Shown: piece by piece, positions 43,057 to 51,983 of the stretch
Layout: the number at the start of each line of letters is the position of its first letter
Position numbering within the stretch: the first letter of the stretch is position 1
Source of the DNA: Candidatus Binatia bacterium
GTDB lineage: Bacteria; Desulfobacterota; Binatia; UBA9968; JAJDTQ01
Direction: 5' to 3'
Assembly (NCBI GenBank): GCA_963666515.2
Contig: OY762897.2
Coordinates: 1,280,001-1,344,000, forward strand
DNA: 64,000 nucleotides
Made by a program: the position numbers and the translations under genes
The notes under the pieces: generated by a model
The model's input: only the letters and a program-made list of their open reading frames with translations
Databases searched by the model: none
Told to the model about the DNA's origin: nothing

Positions 43057-43998
43057 CTACCCCAGGTGAGGCACGACGTCTTCCGCCAGCAGCTCCAGGT
43101 GCTCCATCTCGTCGAAGGCGGGGTTGAGGAGCAGGTGCCGAGCGCCGAAGCCCACCACTTGGTTGAGCTTGTCGATGACTTCCTGCCGTCCGCCCCAGAC
43201 GCACACCTGCGAAGCCATGTCGGCGTTGCGGTAGCGCACGGCGAAGAACTCCCGCAGGCGCCGTTCCGCCCGGTCGCGGTCGTCGTCCACCGCGAGGTAG
43301 ACACGCTTGGAGATGGCGAAGGTGGCCGGGTCGCGCTTGGCCTCGTCCAGCAGTCGCACGATGCGTCCGTGCTCCTTGACGAAGCGGTCGGTGCCCGAGG
43401 AGCCCGCGCCCATCCAGCCTGCGCCGTAGGTTACGGCTCGGCGCAACGCCGGCTCGGCGTGGCCGCCGAACCAGAGCGGGAAGGGTCGCTGCAGCGGCTT
43501 GGGCTCCATGGCCACATCGGTGAAGTTCCAGAAGCGCCCCTCAAAGCTGACCCGCTCTTCGCTCCACAGCGCCTGCATGACCTTGATTCCTTCCACGAAG
43601 CGGGTCACGCGGTGCTCGGAAGGGTAGCCGAAGACGGTCTCGGGCTCGGGCCACATGCGGCCGCGGACGCCGCCGAGGCCGATGCCGGGAATGATCCGCC
43701 CGCCGCTCAACTGGTCCAGGCTCGCAAGGCTCTTGGCGAGTTGCAACGGATTGCGCAGCACGGTGAGCAGCACCGAGGCGCCGATCTTGAGACGTGAGGT
43801 GGCCGCGGCCACGTACGTCATCAGCGTGACTGGCTCCAGCATGGAGAAGTTGCTGAGGATGCGCTCCTGGGTCCAAAGGCTGTCGTAGTCCAGCTCCTCG
43901 GCCCGGGTCACGAACTTTCTGATGTGCTCCGAGTCGACGGGTCCGCCGATGAACACCTGGGGGATCTCGATGCCGCAGGGGATGTGGCCGTCCGCCAT
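43057..43998 (-). CDS. LLM-class flavin-dependent oxidoreductase
   Basis: RNPLQLAKSLASLDQLSGGR, PKPLQRP.PLWFGG. Confidence 0.9.
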   Translation of the reverse strand: MADGHIPCGIEIPQVFIGGPVDSEHIRKFVTRAEELDYDSLWTQERILSNFSMLEPVTLMTYVAAATSRLKIGASVLLTVLRNPLQLAKSLASLDQLSGGRIIPGIGLGGVRGRMWPEPETVFGYPSEHRVTRFVEGIKVMQALWSEERVSFEGRFWNFTDVAMEPKPLQRPFPLWFGGHAEPALRRAVTYGAGWMGAGSSGTDRFVKEHGRIVRLLDEAKRDPATFAISKRVYLAVDDDRDRAERRLREFFAVRYRNADMASQVCVWGGRQEVIDKLNQVVGFGARHLLLNPAFDEMEHLELLAEDVVPHLG

Positions 43999-44002
43999 GT
44001 CG

Positions 44003-44971
44003 TTACCTCACGGCTTCCAGGATGGCGCGTGCGATGCGTTCTTCCGATGGGGCGATGTATTCCTCGAGCGGTTGACTGTAGGGGACCGGCACGTCCAGGG
44101 TCGACACACGGCGAATGGGTCCCTTGAGCTTGTCGAAGCCGCTCTCGGCGATGCGCGCGGCGATTTCCGCGGCCACGCCGCAACTCTGATGGGTCTCGTC
44201 CGCGATCACCACGCGGCCGGTCTTCTCCACCGAGGCCATGACGGTGTCGAGGTCGAAGGGCACCAGCGTGCGCGGGTCCACCACCTCCACGTCGATGCCG
44301 TCGGATGCGAGCGCTTCGGCCACGGCAAGGGCGCGCTGCACCGTGAAGGAAGTGGCGATCAGGGTGACGGCGGCGCCGGTTCGTTTCACGTCCGCCTGCC
44401 CCAGTGGGATGCGGTCGCCGTCCGGCACCGGCCCTTCCGTCTCGAACAGGTTCGAGTGATCGACGAAGACCGTGGGGTTGTCGCTGGCCACCGCGGCCTT
44501 GAGGAGACCCTTCACGTCGCGCGGCGAGGACGGCAGCACGATCTCCAGGCCCGGACAGTTCCACAGCATGGCCTGGGGGCTGCCGGAGTGCTGCGCCGCG
44601 CCGCCGCCCCTGAGGCCGTGGAGCATGTGGAACACCACGGGCGCCTGCACCTGGCCGCCGGACATGTACAGGACGTTGGCCGCTTCGTTCACCACCTGGG
44701 GCCAGGCTTCGAACAGGAAGCTGCCCGTGGTCACGTCCACCACCGGCCGCAGCCCGGCCATGGCCGCGCCCGTGGCCAGCCCGCAGAAACCGAGTTCCGA
44801 GATGGGCGGCGCCGCCACGCGGTCGGGCCAGGCTTTCTCGATGGCCGCGAACTTGAGCCGGTGCGGGCTCAGGCTGAAGAACGTCCCGCCGATGAGGTGG
44901 ACGCGCTCGTCCTCCTCCATCAGCTCGCGCAGGGCTTCGAGCTTTGCCTCGTGGTACTTCAGGTTTCGCAT
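44003..44971 (-). CDS. TPP-dependent dehydrogenase E1 beta subunit
   Basis: PISELGF.G, GLRPVV, AAQHS, EVVDPRTLVPFD, KTGRVV. Confidence 0.9.
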   Translation of the reverse strand: MRNLKYHEAKLEALRELMEEDERVHLIGGTFFSLSPHRLKFAAIEKAWPDRVAAPPISELGFCGLATGAAMAGLRPVVDVTTGSFLFEAWPQVVNEAANVLYMSGGQVQAPVVFHMLHGLRGGGAAQHSGSPQAMLWNCPGLEIVLPSSPRDVKGLLKAAVASDNPTVFVDHSNLFETEGPVPDGDRIPLGQADVKRTGAAVTLIATSFTVQRALAVAEALASDGIDVEVVDPRTLVPFDLDTVMASVEKTGRVVIADETHQSCGVAAEIAARIAESGFDKLKGPIRRVSTLDVPVPYSQPLEEYIAPSEERIARAILEAVR

Positions 44972-45020
44972 TTCGGTCGCGTTTCGGAATCGCCCTGGTT
45001 ATCCGTCGCTCCGCACGGTC

Positions 45021-45049
45021 CGTCATTCCGGCGAAAGCCGGAATCCAGG
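45021..45049. repeat. Single CGTC-type REP copy
   Basis: CGTCATTCCGGCGAAAGCCGGAATCCAGG; compensatory C-G to G-C change relative to the 42885 copy. Confidence 0.82.
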
Positions 45050-45071
45050 GAGGCGGGGAAAACGGCCGGCT

Positions 45072-46091
45072 TCACGCGAACACGTCCGTCTCCGCCTCCG
45101 CCAAGTCGGGATAGGGGCTGTCGAAGGCGAAATCGACCGCGGCCGCGATCTGCTCCACCACCGATCGGTTGATGGCCTCCAGCTCCTCGCGGTCCGCGTG
45201 CCCGTTCTCCACCAGTTCGCGCATGAACCGGAGCACCGGATCGCTGTCCCGATACCAGCCGCGCACGTCCTCGGGCGCGCCGGACACGTCCCAGGCCAGC
45301 GCCACCGTGGTGGGCGCCTTGACCACCGGCCAGTTGGTCTCGCTGCCCGGCCAGCGCACCGTCAGGGTTTCGATGAAGCGCGGGCCGTCGCCCGAACGGA
45401 CCGCGTCGATGTTCTCGCGCAGCGCGTCGTGCACCACGCCGGCGTCGGTGCCGTCCACCTGCACCGCGGGGATCTTGTAGGCCCTGGGCAGATCGGTGAG
45501 CGGGTACGCCGCCATGGTGGACGACTGGGCCGCGCCCACGGCGTTGCCGGCGCCGTACTTGCCGTTGTTCTCGCACAGGAACAGCACCGGCAGCTTCCAC
45601 AGCGACGCCAGGTTGAAGGTTTCGGGGATGGCGCCTTCTTCCAGCGCGCCGTCGCCGAACAGGCACACGGCGATCTGCCCGGCGCCCCGGCTCTTGGCCG
45701 CGTAGGCGGCTCCGGCCCCCAGGGGCAGGATGCCGCCCACCACGCCCGAGCACTGGAGGAACCCCAGCTCCCGCGGGCTCGTGTGGAAGGAGCCGCCCTT
45801 GCCCCGGTTGTAGCCGTCGCGCCGGCCCAGTATCTCAGCCAGGAGCCGCCCGGGGTCGCCGCCACGAGCGAGGATATGGCCGTGGTTCCGGTGGGTGGAG
45901 AACAAGAGGTCGTCGGCTCGGAGCAGCGAGATCGCCGGCACCCCGGTGCCTTCCTGGCCGATGTAGACGTGGTAGTGGCCGCGGAAGCGCCCCTCGTGAT
46001 GCAGGCCGATGAGCCGTTCCTCGAAGTGCCGGATGACCAGCATCCTGCGGCACTGGTCCAGCAGTGGTTCCTTGGGGATGTCGGGGAGCAT
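45072..46091 (-). CDS. TPP-dependent dehydrogenase E1 alpha subunit
   Basis: GQEG, STHRNHGH, GKGGSFH, FGDGA...CENN TPP motif. Confidence 0.9.
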   Translation of the reverse strand: MLPDIPKEPLLDQCRRMLVIRHFEERLIGLHHEGRFRGHYHVYIGQEGTGVPAISLLRADDLLFSTHRNHGHILARGGDPGRLLAEILGRRDGYNRGKGGSFHTSPRELGFLQCSGVVGGILPLGAGAAYAAKSRGAGQIAVCLFGDGALEEGAIPETFNLASLWKLPVLFLCENNGKYGAGNAVGAAQSSTMAAYPLTDLPRAYKIPAVQVDGTDAGVVHDALRENIDAVRSGDGPRFIETLTVRWPGSETNWPVVKAPTTVALAWDVSGAPEDVRGWYRDSDPVLRFMRELVENGHADREELEAINRSVVEQIAAAVDFAFDSPYPDLAEAETDVFA

Positions 46092-46233
46092 TTCGGCAAC
46101 CGGTATAGGCCATCGGGCCGCGGATGCCAAGCCCCGTCGTCACGCCGTGCCAAGGGTGCAGACGGCGGCGACGTTGTTTGACAAGCCCACCGGAGCGGGC
46201 TAATCACGGTGCGAGCAGTGAGAGGAATGCACC

Positions 46234-46980
46234 ATGACGCTTGAGGACAAGGTCGCCGTCGTTACCGGCGGCGGACAGGGCCTGGGCCGGGCCATCACCC
46301 TGGCGCTGGCGCGCGCGGGCGCGAAGGCGGTCGTGGCCGACATGAACCCGGACACCGCCGAGGCGGTTGCCGCCGAGGTCGCGGACGCCGGCGGCGAGGC
46401 GCTGGCCGTGCAGGTGGACGTGGCCGCCGAAGGCTCGGTGGCCGCGTTGCGCGAACGCGCCCTGGACCGCTTCGGACGCGTGGACGTCCTGGCGGCCAAC
46501 GCCGGCCTGTATCCGCGTTCCATGGTGGTGGACATGCCAGAGGAGGAGTGGGACCGGGTGCTGGACGTCAACGTCGGCGGTCAGTTCCTGTGCGCGCGGG
46601 CTTTCGTTCCGGCCATGAAGCAGCAGGGCAGCGGCCGCATCATCTGCACGGCGTCGTCCATCGCCTACAAGGGTCAGCCCGGCCACGCCCACTACGCCGC
46701 CTCCAAGGCCGCCACGCTCGGTCTCGTCCGCGGACTGGCGCGGGAACTGGCGCCTCACGGCATCACGGTGAACGCGGTGGCGCCCGGGACCGCCAACACC
46801 GCCATGCCCCGCCAGCACCGCTCCGAGGAATCCATGCGGGAACGGGGCGCCCGGGTGCCGCTGGGCCGCATCGCGGAACCGGAGGATATCGCCAACACTG
46901 TCGCCTTTCTCGCAAGCGACGCGGCCGCCTACATCACCGGGCAGACCCTGGTCGTCAACGGCGGAGACTTCATGATCTGA
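46234..46980 (+). CDS. SDR oxidoreductase
   Basis: TGGGQGLG, NAG, YAASK. Confidence 0.92.
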   Translation: MTLEDKVAVVTGGGQGLGRAITLALARAGAKAVVADMNPDTAEAVAAEVADAGGEALAVQVDVAAEGSVAALRERALDRFGRVDVLAANAGLYPRSMVVDMPEEEWDRVLDVNVGGQFLCARAFVPAMKQQGSGRIICTASSIAYKGQPGHAHYAASKAATLGLVRGLARELAPHGITVNAVAPGTANTAMPRQHRSEESMRERGARVPLGRIAEPEDIANTVAFLASDAAAYITGQTLVVNGGDFMI

Positions 46981-47027
46981 TCTCCGGACCTGCTTCCGGA
47001 GTCCTCTGACGTGGAAGGAAAGCCTTC

Positions 47028-48179
47028 ATGCTGAGAAAGAAGGTTTGCCTCGTGGGCTACGGCTCGACGGAATACTCGCGGAAGTCTGACCGGCCGTTGC
47101 TGTCCTACTATGCCGAGGCCATGCAGAACGCCATGGCCCAGACCGGCCTCACCAAAAAAGAGATCAACGGATTCTCCATGGTGACCCAGGCCAGCCCCGA
47201 CTACTCGCCCTACGTGGCCGAGCAGTTGGGTCTGGAGCTGGACTGGGTGCTGAACGGAGACTGCGGCGGCGCCGGTGCGGTGTGCGCCATCCGGCGCGCG
47301 GCCGACGCCATCGAGGCGGGCTACCTGGACGTGGCCTTCATCGTCGCCGGCAACGCCTTCGACAAGAACGTGGCCCACCAGCGGGTGCTGGAGTACCAGC
47401 GGGCCAACTACGTGGACGTGTACGGCTACGGCGGCCCCAACACGCTGTTCGCGCTGGTGCAGCGCCGCCACATGGAGGAGTACGGCACCACCCTGGAGCA
47501 GATCGGCAAGATCGCCGTGAGCCAGCGCTACAACGCCGGCCCCAACCCCCAGGCGCTCCTGCGTGCGCCCATGACCATCGAGGACTACCTGAACTCGCGC
47601 CTGATCTCCGACCCCATCCGGCTGTTCGACTGCGTGATGCCGTGCTCGGGCGGCGAGTGCGTGGTGGTGGCTTCCGAGGAACGCGCCAAACAGATCACGG
47701 ACAAGCCGGTCTATCTCGTGACCGACGCCGAGAAGATCGGCTTCCAGGCCTCCAACATGCTGCCGGACAAGACCGTCACCGGCATGAGCGTGGTGGGCGA
47801 GCGCCTGTTCTCGGAGATGAGCCGGGACAACATCGACGTGCTGGCCATCTACGACGACTATCCCATCGCGGTCATGATGCAGCTCGAGGACTTGGGCTAC
47901 TGCGCCAAGGGGCAGGGCGGGCCGTTCGTCGACGAGCACGACCTGACCTTCGGCGGCGACTTCCCCGTGAACACCGGCGGTGGCGAGATCTCGGTAGGGC
48001 AGGCGGGTCTGGCTGGAGGCATGCTGCACGTGGTGGAAGCGTTGCGGCAGTTGCGCGGCGAAGCCGGAGAACGGCAGGTCAGCTCGGCCGAGACCGCGCT
48101 GGTCACGGGCATCGGTTGGTTGTCCTACGCGCGCAATCTCAACACCACCGCGGCGCTGATCCTGGAGAGGAGGTCGTAA
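47028..48179 (+). CDS. Thiolase-like (SCP-x type) protein
   Basis: AVSQRYNA..NPQA, P.RLFDC, PVNTGGG, EALRQLRG; paired with DUF35. Confidence 0.88.
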   Translation: MLRKKVCLVGYGSTEYSRKSDRPLLSYYAEAMQNAMAQTGLTKKEINGFSMVTQASPDYSPYVAEQLGLELDWVLNGDCGGAGAVCAIRRAADAIEAGYLDVAFIVAGNAFDKNVAHQRVLEYQRANYVDVYGYGGPNTLFALVQRRHMEEYGTTLEQIGKIAVSQRYNAGPNPQALLRAPMTIEDYLNSRLISDPIRLFDCVMPCSGGECVVVASEERAKQITDKPVYLVTDAEKIGFQASNMLPDKTVTGMSVVGERLFSEMSRDNIDVLAIYDDYPIAVMMQLEDLGYCAKGQGGPFVDEHDLTFGGDFPVNTGGGEISVGQAGLAGGMLHVVEALRQLRGEAGERQVSSAETALVTGIGWLSYARNLNTTAALILERRS

Positions 48180-48583
48180 TGGCCGGCAAGAGTCTGCCCG
48201 TTGTGAATCCGGTGGACCGTGAGTATTGGGAGGCCGCGGCAAAAGGGGAATTGCGGCTTCAGAAGTGCCGGGCCTGCGGCGTGCTCCAGTTCTTTCCCCG
48301 GGCGGTCTGCACCGGCTGCCTCGGCGGCGACCTGGAGTGGGTGCGGGTCAGCGGCAAGGGCAAGGTGCACACCTTCTCCCTGTGCCGTGTGCCCCGGAAC
48401 CGCGCCTTCATGGATGAGGTGCCCATCTGCGTGGCCGAGGTGGAGCTGGAGGAGGGCGTGCGCATGGTCACCCGCATCGTCGGCGACAACCGCGACCAGG
48501 TCACCCTCGGCGCCCCGGTCACCGTCACCTTCATGGACACCGAGGACCCCGACATCAAGCTGCCGGTGTTCGAGCTGGCCTGA
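48179..48583 (+). CDS. DUF35 Zn-ribbon/OB-fold protein
   Basis: LQKCRAC..FFPR..C..C, VELEEG, LPVFE. Confidence 0.9.
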   Translation: MAGKSLPVVNPVDREYWEAAAKGELRLQKCRACGVLQFFPRAVCTGCLGGDLEWVRVSGKGKVHTFSLCRVPRNRAFMDEVPICVAEVELEEGVRMVTRIVGDNRDQVTLGAPVTVTFMDTEDPDIKLPVFELA

Positions 48584-48855
48584 TTTACAGCCGCGCCCGG
48601 AGCGTCTCGTGAAACGGACGCCCCCGGCGCGCACCCGTCCGCCGCGCCATGGCGACCATCGAAGTCTACAGCAAGAGTTGGTGCCCGTTCTGTCGGATGG
48701 CGAAGCGCCTTCTTGAGGAAAAGGGCCAGGAGTTCGTCGAGTTCGACGTAGAACTGGATCCCGCCAAGTACGACGAGATGCTGGAGCGCTCCCAGGGCCG
48801 CTGGACCGTCCCGGAGATCTTCATCGACGGCGAACTGATCGGCGGCTTCGACGAA
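48571..48855 (+). repeat. Direct repeat, copy 1 (DUF35 3' end + grxC 5' part); partner at 51635-51913
   Basis: Aligned by eye with scattered substitutions and a small indel. Confidence 0.9.
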
Positions 48856-48906
48856 CTGCGAGCCCTGGACGCCAGCGGCCGGCTCGATGAGATGCTCGGC
48901 TCCTGA
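48649..48906 (+). CDS. grxC: Glutaredoxin 3
   Basis: CPFC, TVPEIFI, IGGFDEL. Confidence 0.94.
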   Translation: MATIEVYSKSWCPFCRMAKRLLEEKGQEFVEFDVELDPAKYDEMLERSQGRWTVPEIFIDGELIGGFDELRALDASGRLDEMLGS

Positions 48907-48976
48907 AGCGAGCGTCGCCGTCGGTGCTACGTAACACGGTCTATGAGTTAATCAGTCATAACCACCTGACAGACAA

Positions 48977-49375
48977 ATGCCCCAGCAAACATCCCTTCCC
49001 TACGACATGGGAAACGCCGGCGACCTGCTGAAGCATGGCGTTTTGGCGGAGACCCTTCGTCATCGCCTGATCTTCCGGCCGAACCAGCCAATACGATTCC
49101 TCGACCTGTTCGGGGGCGAGCCGTTTGGTTGCGGAATATCCGACGAGATCGTTGAGCGGGTGGGCAAGCTCTCCGAGTGTGCCTTCCAGGACGGGCAACC
49201 CGACATTCGTGCTGGCAAGTACTACGGAAGCGGCATGTTGGCTCGGAAGCTGGGAGGCAGCCTTGGTGGCCACGTGTCGGTTTTCGCTTCGGACCGCGAC
49301 GAAGGGCGACGGGAAAAGCTACGGCCTCAATCAATCGCTGGGGTGGTTCCCGATAAGGGAAGTTTACCAAAGTGA
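48977..49375 (+). pseudogene. RlmJ-like methyltransferase N-terminal fragment
   Basis: GNAGDLLKH..FLDLFGG..YYGS resembles RlmJ HAGNHADVLKH..YLDTHAG..YPGS; only 132 aa, no DPPY-type catalytic motif. Confidence 0.55.
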
Positions 49376-49405
49376 ATTCCACTGAGTGAAGAGTCAAGGA
49401 AAAGC

Positions 49406-50350
49406 ATGATCTTGAGCGCAAATGTGCTCTCCTACTTCATATCTGCCGACTGGAGCAAGCGCCCTAGCAAACGTGCGGTCTACGTTGCCGATGTACGGAA
49501 ACGACACATCCAAAAAGAGGAGAACACGAACTGGAATGTGGACGCTCTCCTGGACTTGGCGAAACGACTCTCAAAAGACTCAAAAGGCGGGCCGGTGCTG
49601 ATCGGCGTTGATGTGGTACTGGGCGTCCCCGCGGGCTACTGGGAGAAGGTGCTTGATGAGAACCGGCCTCACACGCCGAAGAATTTCGTCGATTGGCTCA
49701 GATGTCTAAACCCCTCTGGAGAATTCTTCGAGACGGTGATCCACCGCCATACCGAATGGAGTATCGAACGGCCTTGGTTCAAGGTGCCTAAGGGTAAGGG
49801 CGGCCTGACATCGTTCACGAAGCACGTAGAACGTCGAATGCTTCGCAGGATTGATGCCGCTACAGGAGCGAAGCCGGTGTTTGTCGTCGAGGGTATTCCC
49901 GGCACCGTCGGGAGCGGGACGCGGAATTTCTGGAAGGAACTCGTACCATATCTGCAGCGTGACGAGGGCTTCGCGGTCTGGCCTTTCGAAGGAGATCTGA
50001 CCTCGCTCCTTAAACGGGGTGGAGTCGTGTTGTGCGAAACCTATCCGGCCCTTGCCTATGCTGAGGCGTTGCCTGACGAGTTGCCGCCCGGACGGCCTGC
50101 GAAGACGAAACGGACGTGGCGGGATTGCATGTGCAATCGTCTCATGAAGGTGTACGCGAACCGGATCGATCTCGGTCCGCTAGATGCGTTGCGGGAGAAC
50201 GATGACGATTTCGATGCACACGTCACGGCGGTGGCCTTCCTTCGCTGCATCGACGAGGGGCGTGAGATTGCTTCTCGTGAATGGATCGACCCGGTGGCCG
50301 AGGGGTCGATGCTGCTCGCGGGTCGATGCTGCCCGCCGGAGCGACAGTAA
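49406..50350 (+). CDS. DUF429-like (RNase H-fold) putative nuclease
   Basis: SADWS, IGVDVVLGVP, VWPF, CETYP, DDFDA acidic motifs. Confidence 0.72.
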   Translation: MILSANVLSYFISADWSKRPSKRAVYVADVRKRHIQKEENTNWNVDALLDLAKRLSKDSKGGPVLIGVDVVLGVPAGYWEKVLDENRPHTPKNFVDWLRCLNPSGEFFETVIHRHTEWSIERPWFKVPKGKGGLTSFTKHVERRMLRRIDAATGAKPVFVVEGIPGTVGSGTRNFWKELVPYLQRDEGFAVWPFEGDLTSLLKRGGVVLCETYPALAYAEALPDELPPGRPAKTKRTWRDCMCNRLMKVYANRIDLGPLDALRENDDDFDAHVTAVAFLRCIDEGREIASREWIDPVAEGSMLLAGRCCPPERQ

Positions 50351-50430
50351 AGAGCCGACTACCTCGGACAGCGTTCAAGACAAGGTCCGAAACAGAGTCC
50401 GTGGGCGTCAGGTTGGAGGCCAGGACCGGA

Positions 50431-50715
50431 TCACGCCGGCTCGTCCCGCTCCTGTGCTGGCGCGGCCCAGCGCTCCTTGATAGCGCGGAACTCGGATTCG
50501 TCGATCCCCGTTGCCGACCGGATCAGATCCCAGTCCGCGCCGACTCTCAAAAGGCCCTCCACCGTCTCGACCTTGCCGCGCTGGAAGCCTTCTTCACGGC
50601 CTTCTTCTCTGCCCTCGACTTTGCCTTCCGCACGGCCCTCCTCTCTTCCCTCCTCCCGGCCTCTTGCTCGGCCTTCCGCACGACCCTCCTCCAAGAGTTC
50701 GTGAGCGTATGACAT
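50431..50715 (-). CDS. In-frame internal small Rpn (RpnS-like)
   Basis: AAGGAG RBS 8 nt before an in-frame ATG (MSYAHELLEEG...). Confidence 0.65.
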   Translation of the reverse strand: MSYAHELLEEGRAEGRARGREEGREEGRAEGKVEGREEGREEGFQRGKVETVEGLLRVGADWDLIRSATGIDESEFRAIKERWAAPAQERDEPA

Positions 50716-51459
50716 GATTTCTTCTCCTTGGCCGTGTCTGTGAAGCCGCAACGTTCCATCAAAGGCCTGCGCTGCCGCCCGATCCTGCGTCGCCAGCACA
50801 TAGAGACTGATTATTCGAATATAGTCCATCGTGCCGCCCGGAACCAGCGACGCCGCTAGCCGTGCGGCCGTCTCCAGAGCCGTGTCCGCGTGCCGGTCGA
50901 ACGCCGCCATCATCAGCAACTGGGCAATGCGGCCCATGGCGTCGCCTCCGACATCGCCGGGGTCCATTCCCGTCTGGTCCAGAAGCACGTGCTCGAATCG
51001 GGGCACCCAGGGGCAACCCCTGAGCGTTGGCGGGAACAGGTCAGCGAACTCCGTCGAATGGCTCCAGCCGCGGGTCCCCTGATAGAACACAATCGGAACG
51101 ACCGGCCGCAATTCCCCACGGCTGCGGTCATCACCCAGGTCTGCATCCCAGATGCGGCAGCAGTACTTCAGCAGCCGGAACCGCATCCACACGTCCGGCG
51201 TCGATTGATGCTCCAACAGCAGATAGAGCCGCAACCGCTGCTTCCCCTTCCCGTAGCCGGCTTCGAACAGCAGGTCGGACTCGCTCTCCCGCAGGGCATC
51301 GTCCACGAAGGTTCCCTCAACCAGTCGGAGACTGTTCCAATCGACGTTCTCGCGCAACTCCCGCGGCACGGCCGCCTGAAGCATGCCGGCGGCCTGTGAG
51401 GCATCGGAGAAGACCGCGCGAAACAGCCGGTCGTGGGGATGATCGATTTCATCGGCCAT
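50431..51459 (-). CDS. Rpn / YhgA-like PD-(D/E)xK nuclease (long form)
   Basis: PHDRLFRAVF, ESDLL, LLEHQSTPD.WM.FRLL.Y, VVPIVFYQG, C-terminal EG repeats. Confidence 0.92.
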   Translation of the reverse strand: MADEIDHPHDRLFRAVFSDASQAAGMLQAAVPRELRENVDWNSLRLVEGTFVDDALRESESDLLFEAGYGKGKQRLRLYLLLEHQSTPDVWMRFRLLKYCCRIWDADLGDDRSRGELRPVVPIVFYQGTRGWSHSTEFADLFPPTLRGCPWVPRFEHVLLDQTGMDPGDVGGDAMGRIAQLLMMAAFDRHADTALETAARLAASLVPGGTMDYIRIISLYVLATQDRAAAQAFDGTLRLHRHGQGEEIMSYAHELLEEGRAEGRARGREEGREEGRAEGKVEGREEGREEGFQRGKVETVEGLLRVGADWDLIRSATGIDESEFRAIKERWAAPAQERDEPA

Positions 51460-51634
51460 GAGTGACTCTCCCGGACAGGGACTCCCTGCGTGCCTGTCCT
51501 ATAGAGAGTCATCGGCACCGCGTACCGGAACTTTAGCTAGGAGGGGCGTGAAAGGTCGGGCTTCTTGGGTTTCTCCAGGTGGGTGATTTCCACAGTACGG
51601 GTCAGTGCGCGCATCATCTCGGTTGGACCGGTTC

Positions 51635-51913
51635 CGAGCTGGCGTAATTTCCAGCTGCGCCCGGAGTGTTTCCTGAAACGGACGCACCCGGCGCGCCCAC
51701 CGTGCCATGGCGACCGTCGAAGTCTACAGCAAGAGTCGGTGCCCTTTCTGCCGGATGGCCAAGTGCCTTCTTGAGGAGAAGGGCCAGGAGTTCGTCGAGT
51801 TCGACGTCGAGCTGGACCCCACCAAGTACGACGAGATGCTCGAACGCTCCCAGGGCCGATGGACCGTCCCGGAAATCTTCATCGACGGCGAGCTGATCGG
51901 CGGATTCGACGAA
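51635..51913 (+). pseudogene. Truncated diverged duplicate of DUF35 end + grxC
   Basis: Matches 48571-48855; homology ends after IGGFDE, so the last helix is missing. Confidence 0.85.
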
Positions 51914-51983
51914 ATAGTGCGTAGTATCCCGGATCTCTGTAGTTTTCCGAATCTGCCTGACTTGCTTCCATCTCCCGCTCTAA

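Noticed and set aside
50590-50695. Short tandem repeats as a possible CRISPR array or VNTR
   Set aside because: They encode the EG(R/K)xE coiled-coil repeats typical of Rpn C-termini.
51535-51621. Minus-strand 3' gene fragment (EMMRALTRTVEITHLEKPKKPDLSRPS*)
   Set aside because: Too short to assign; may be a remnant cut by the grxC duplicate.
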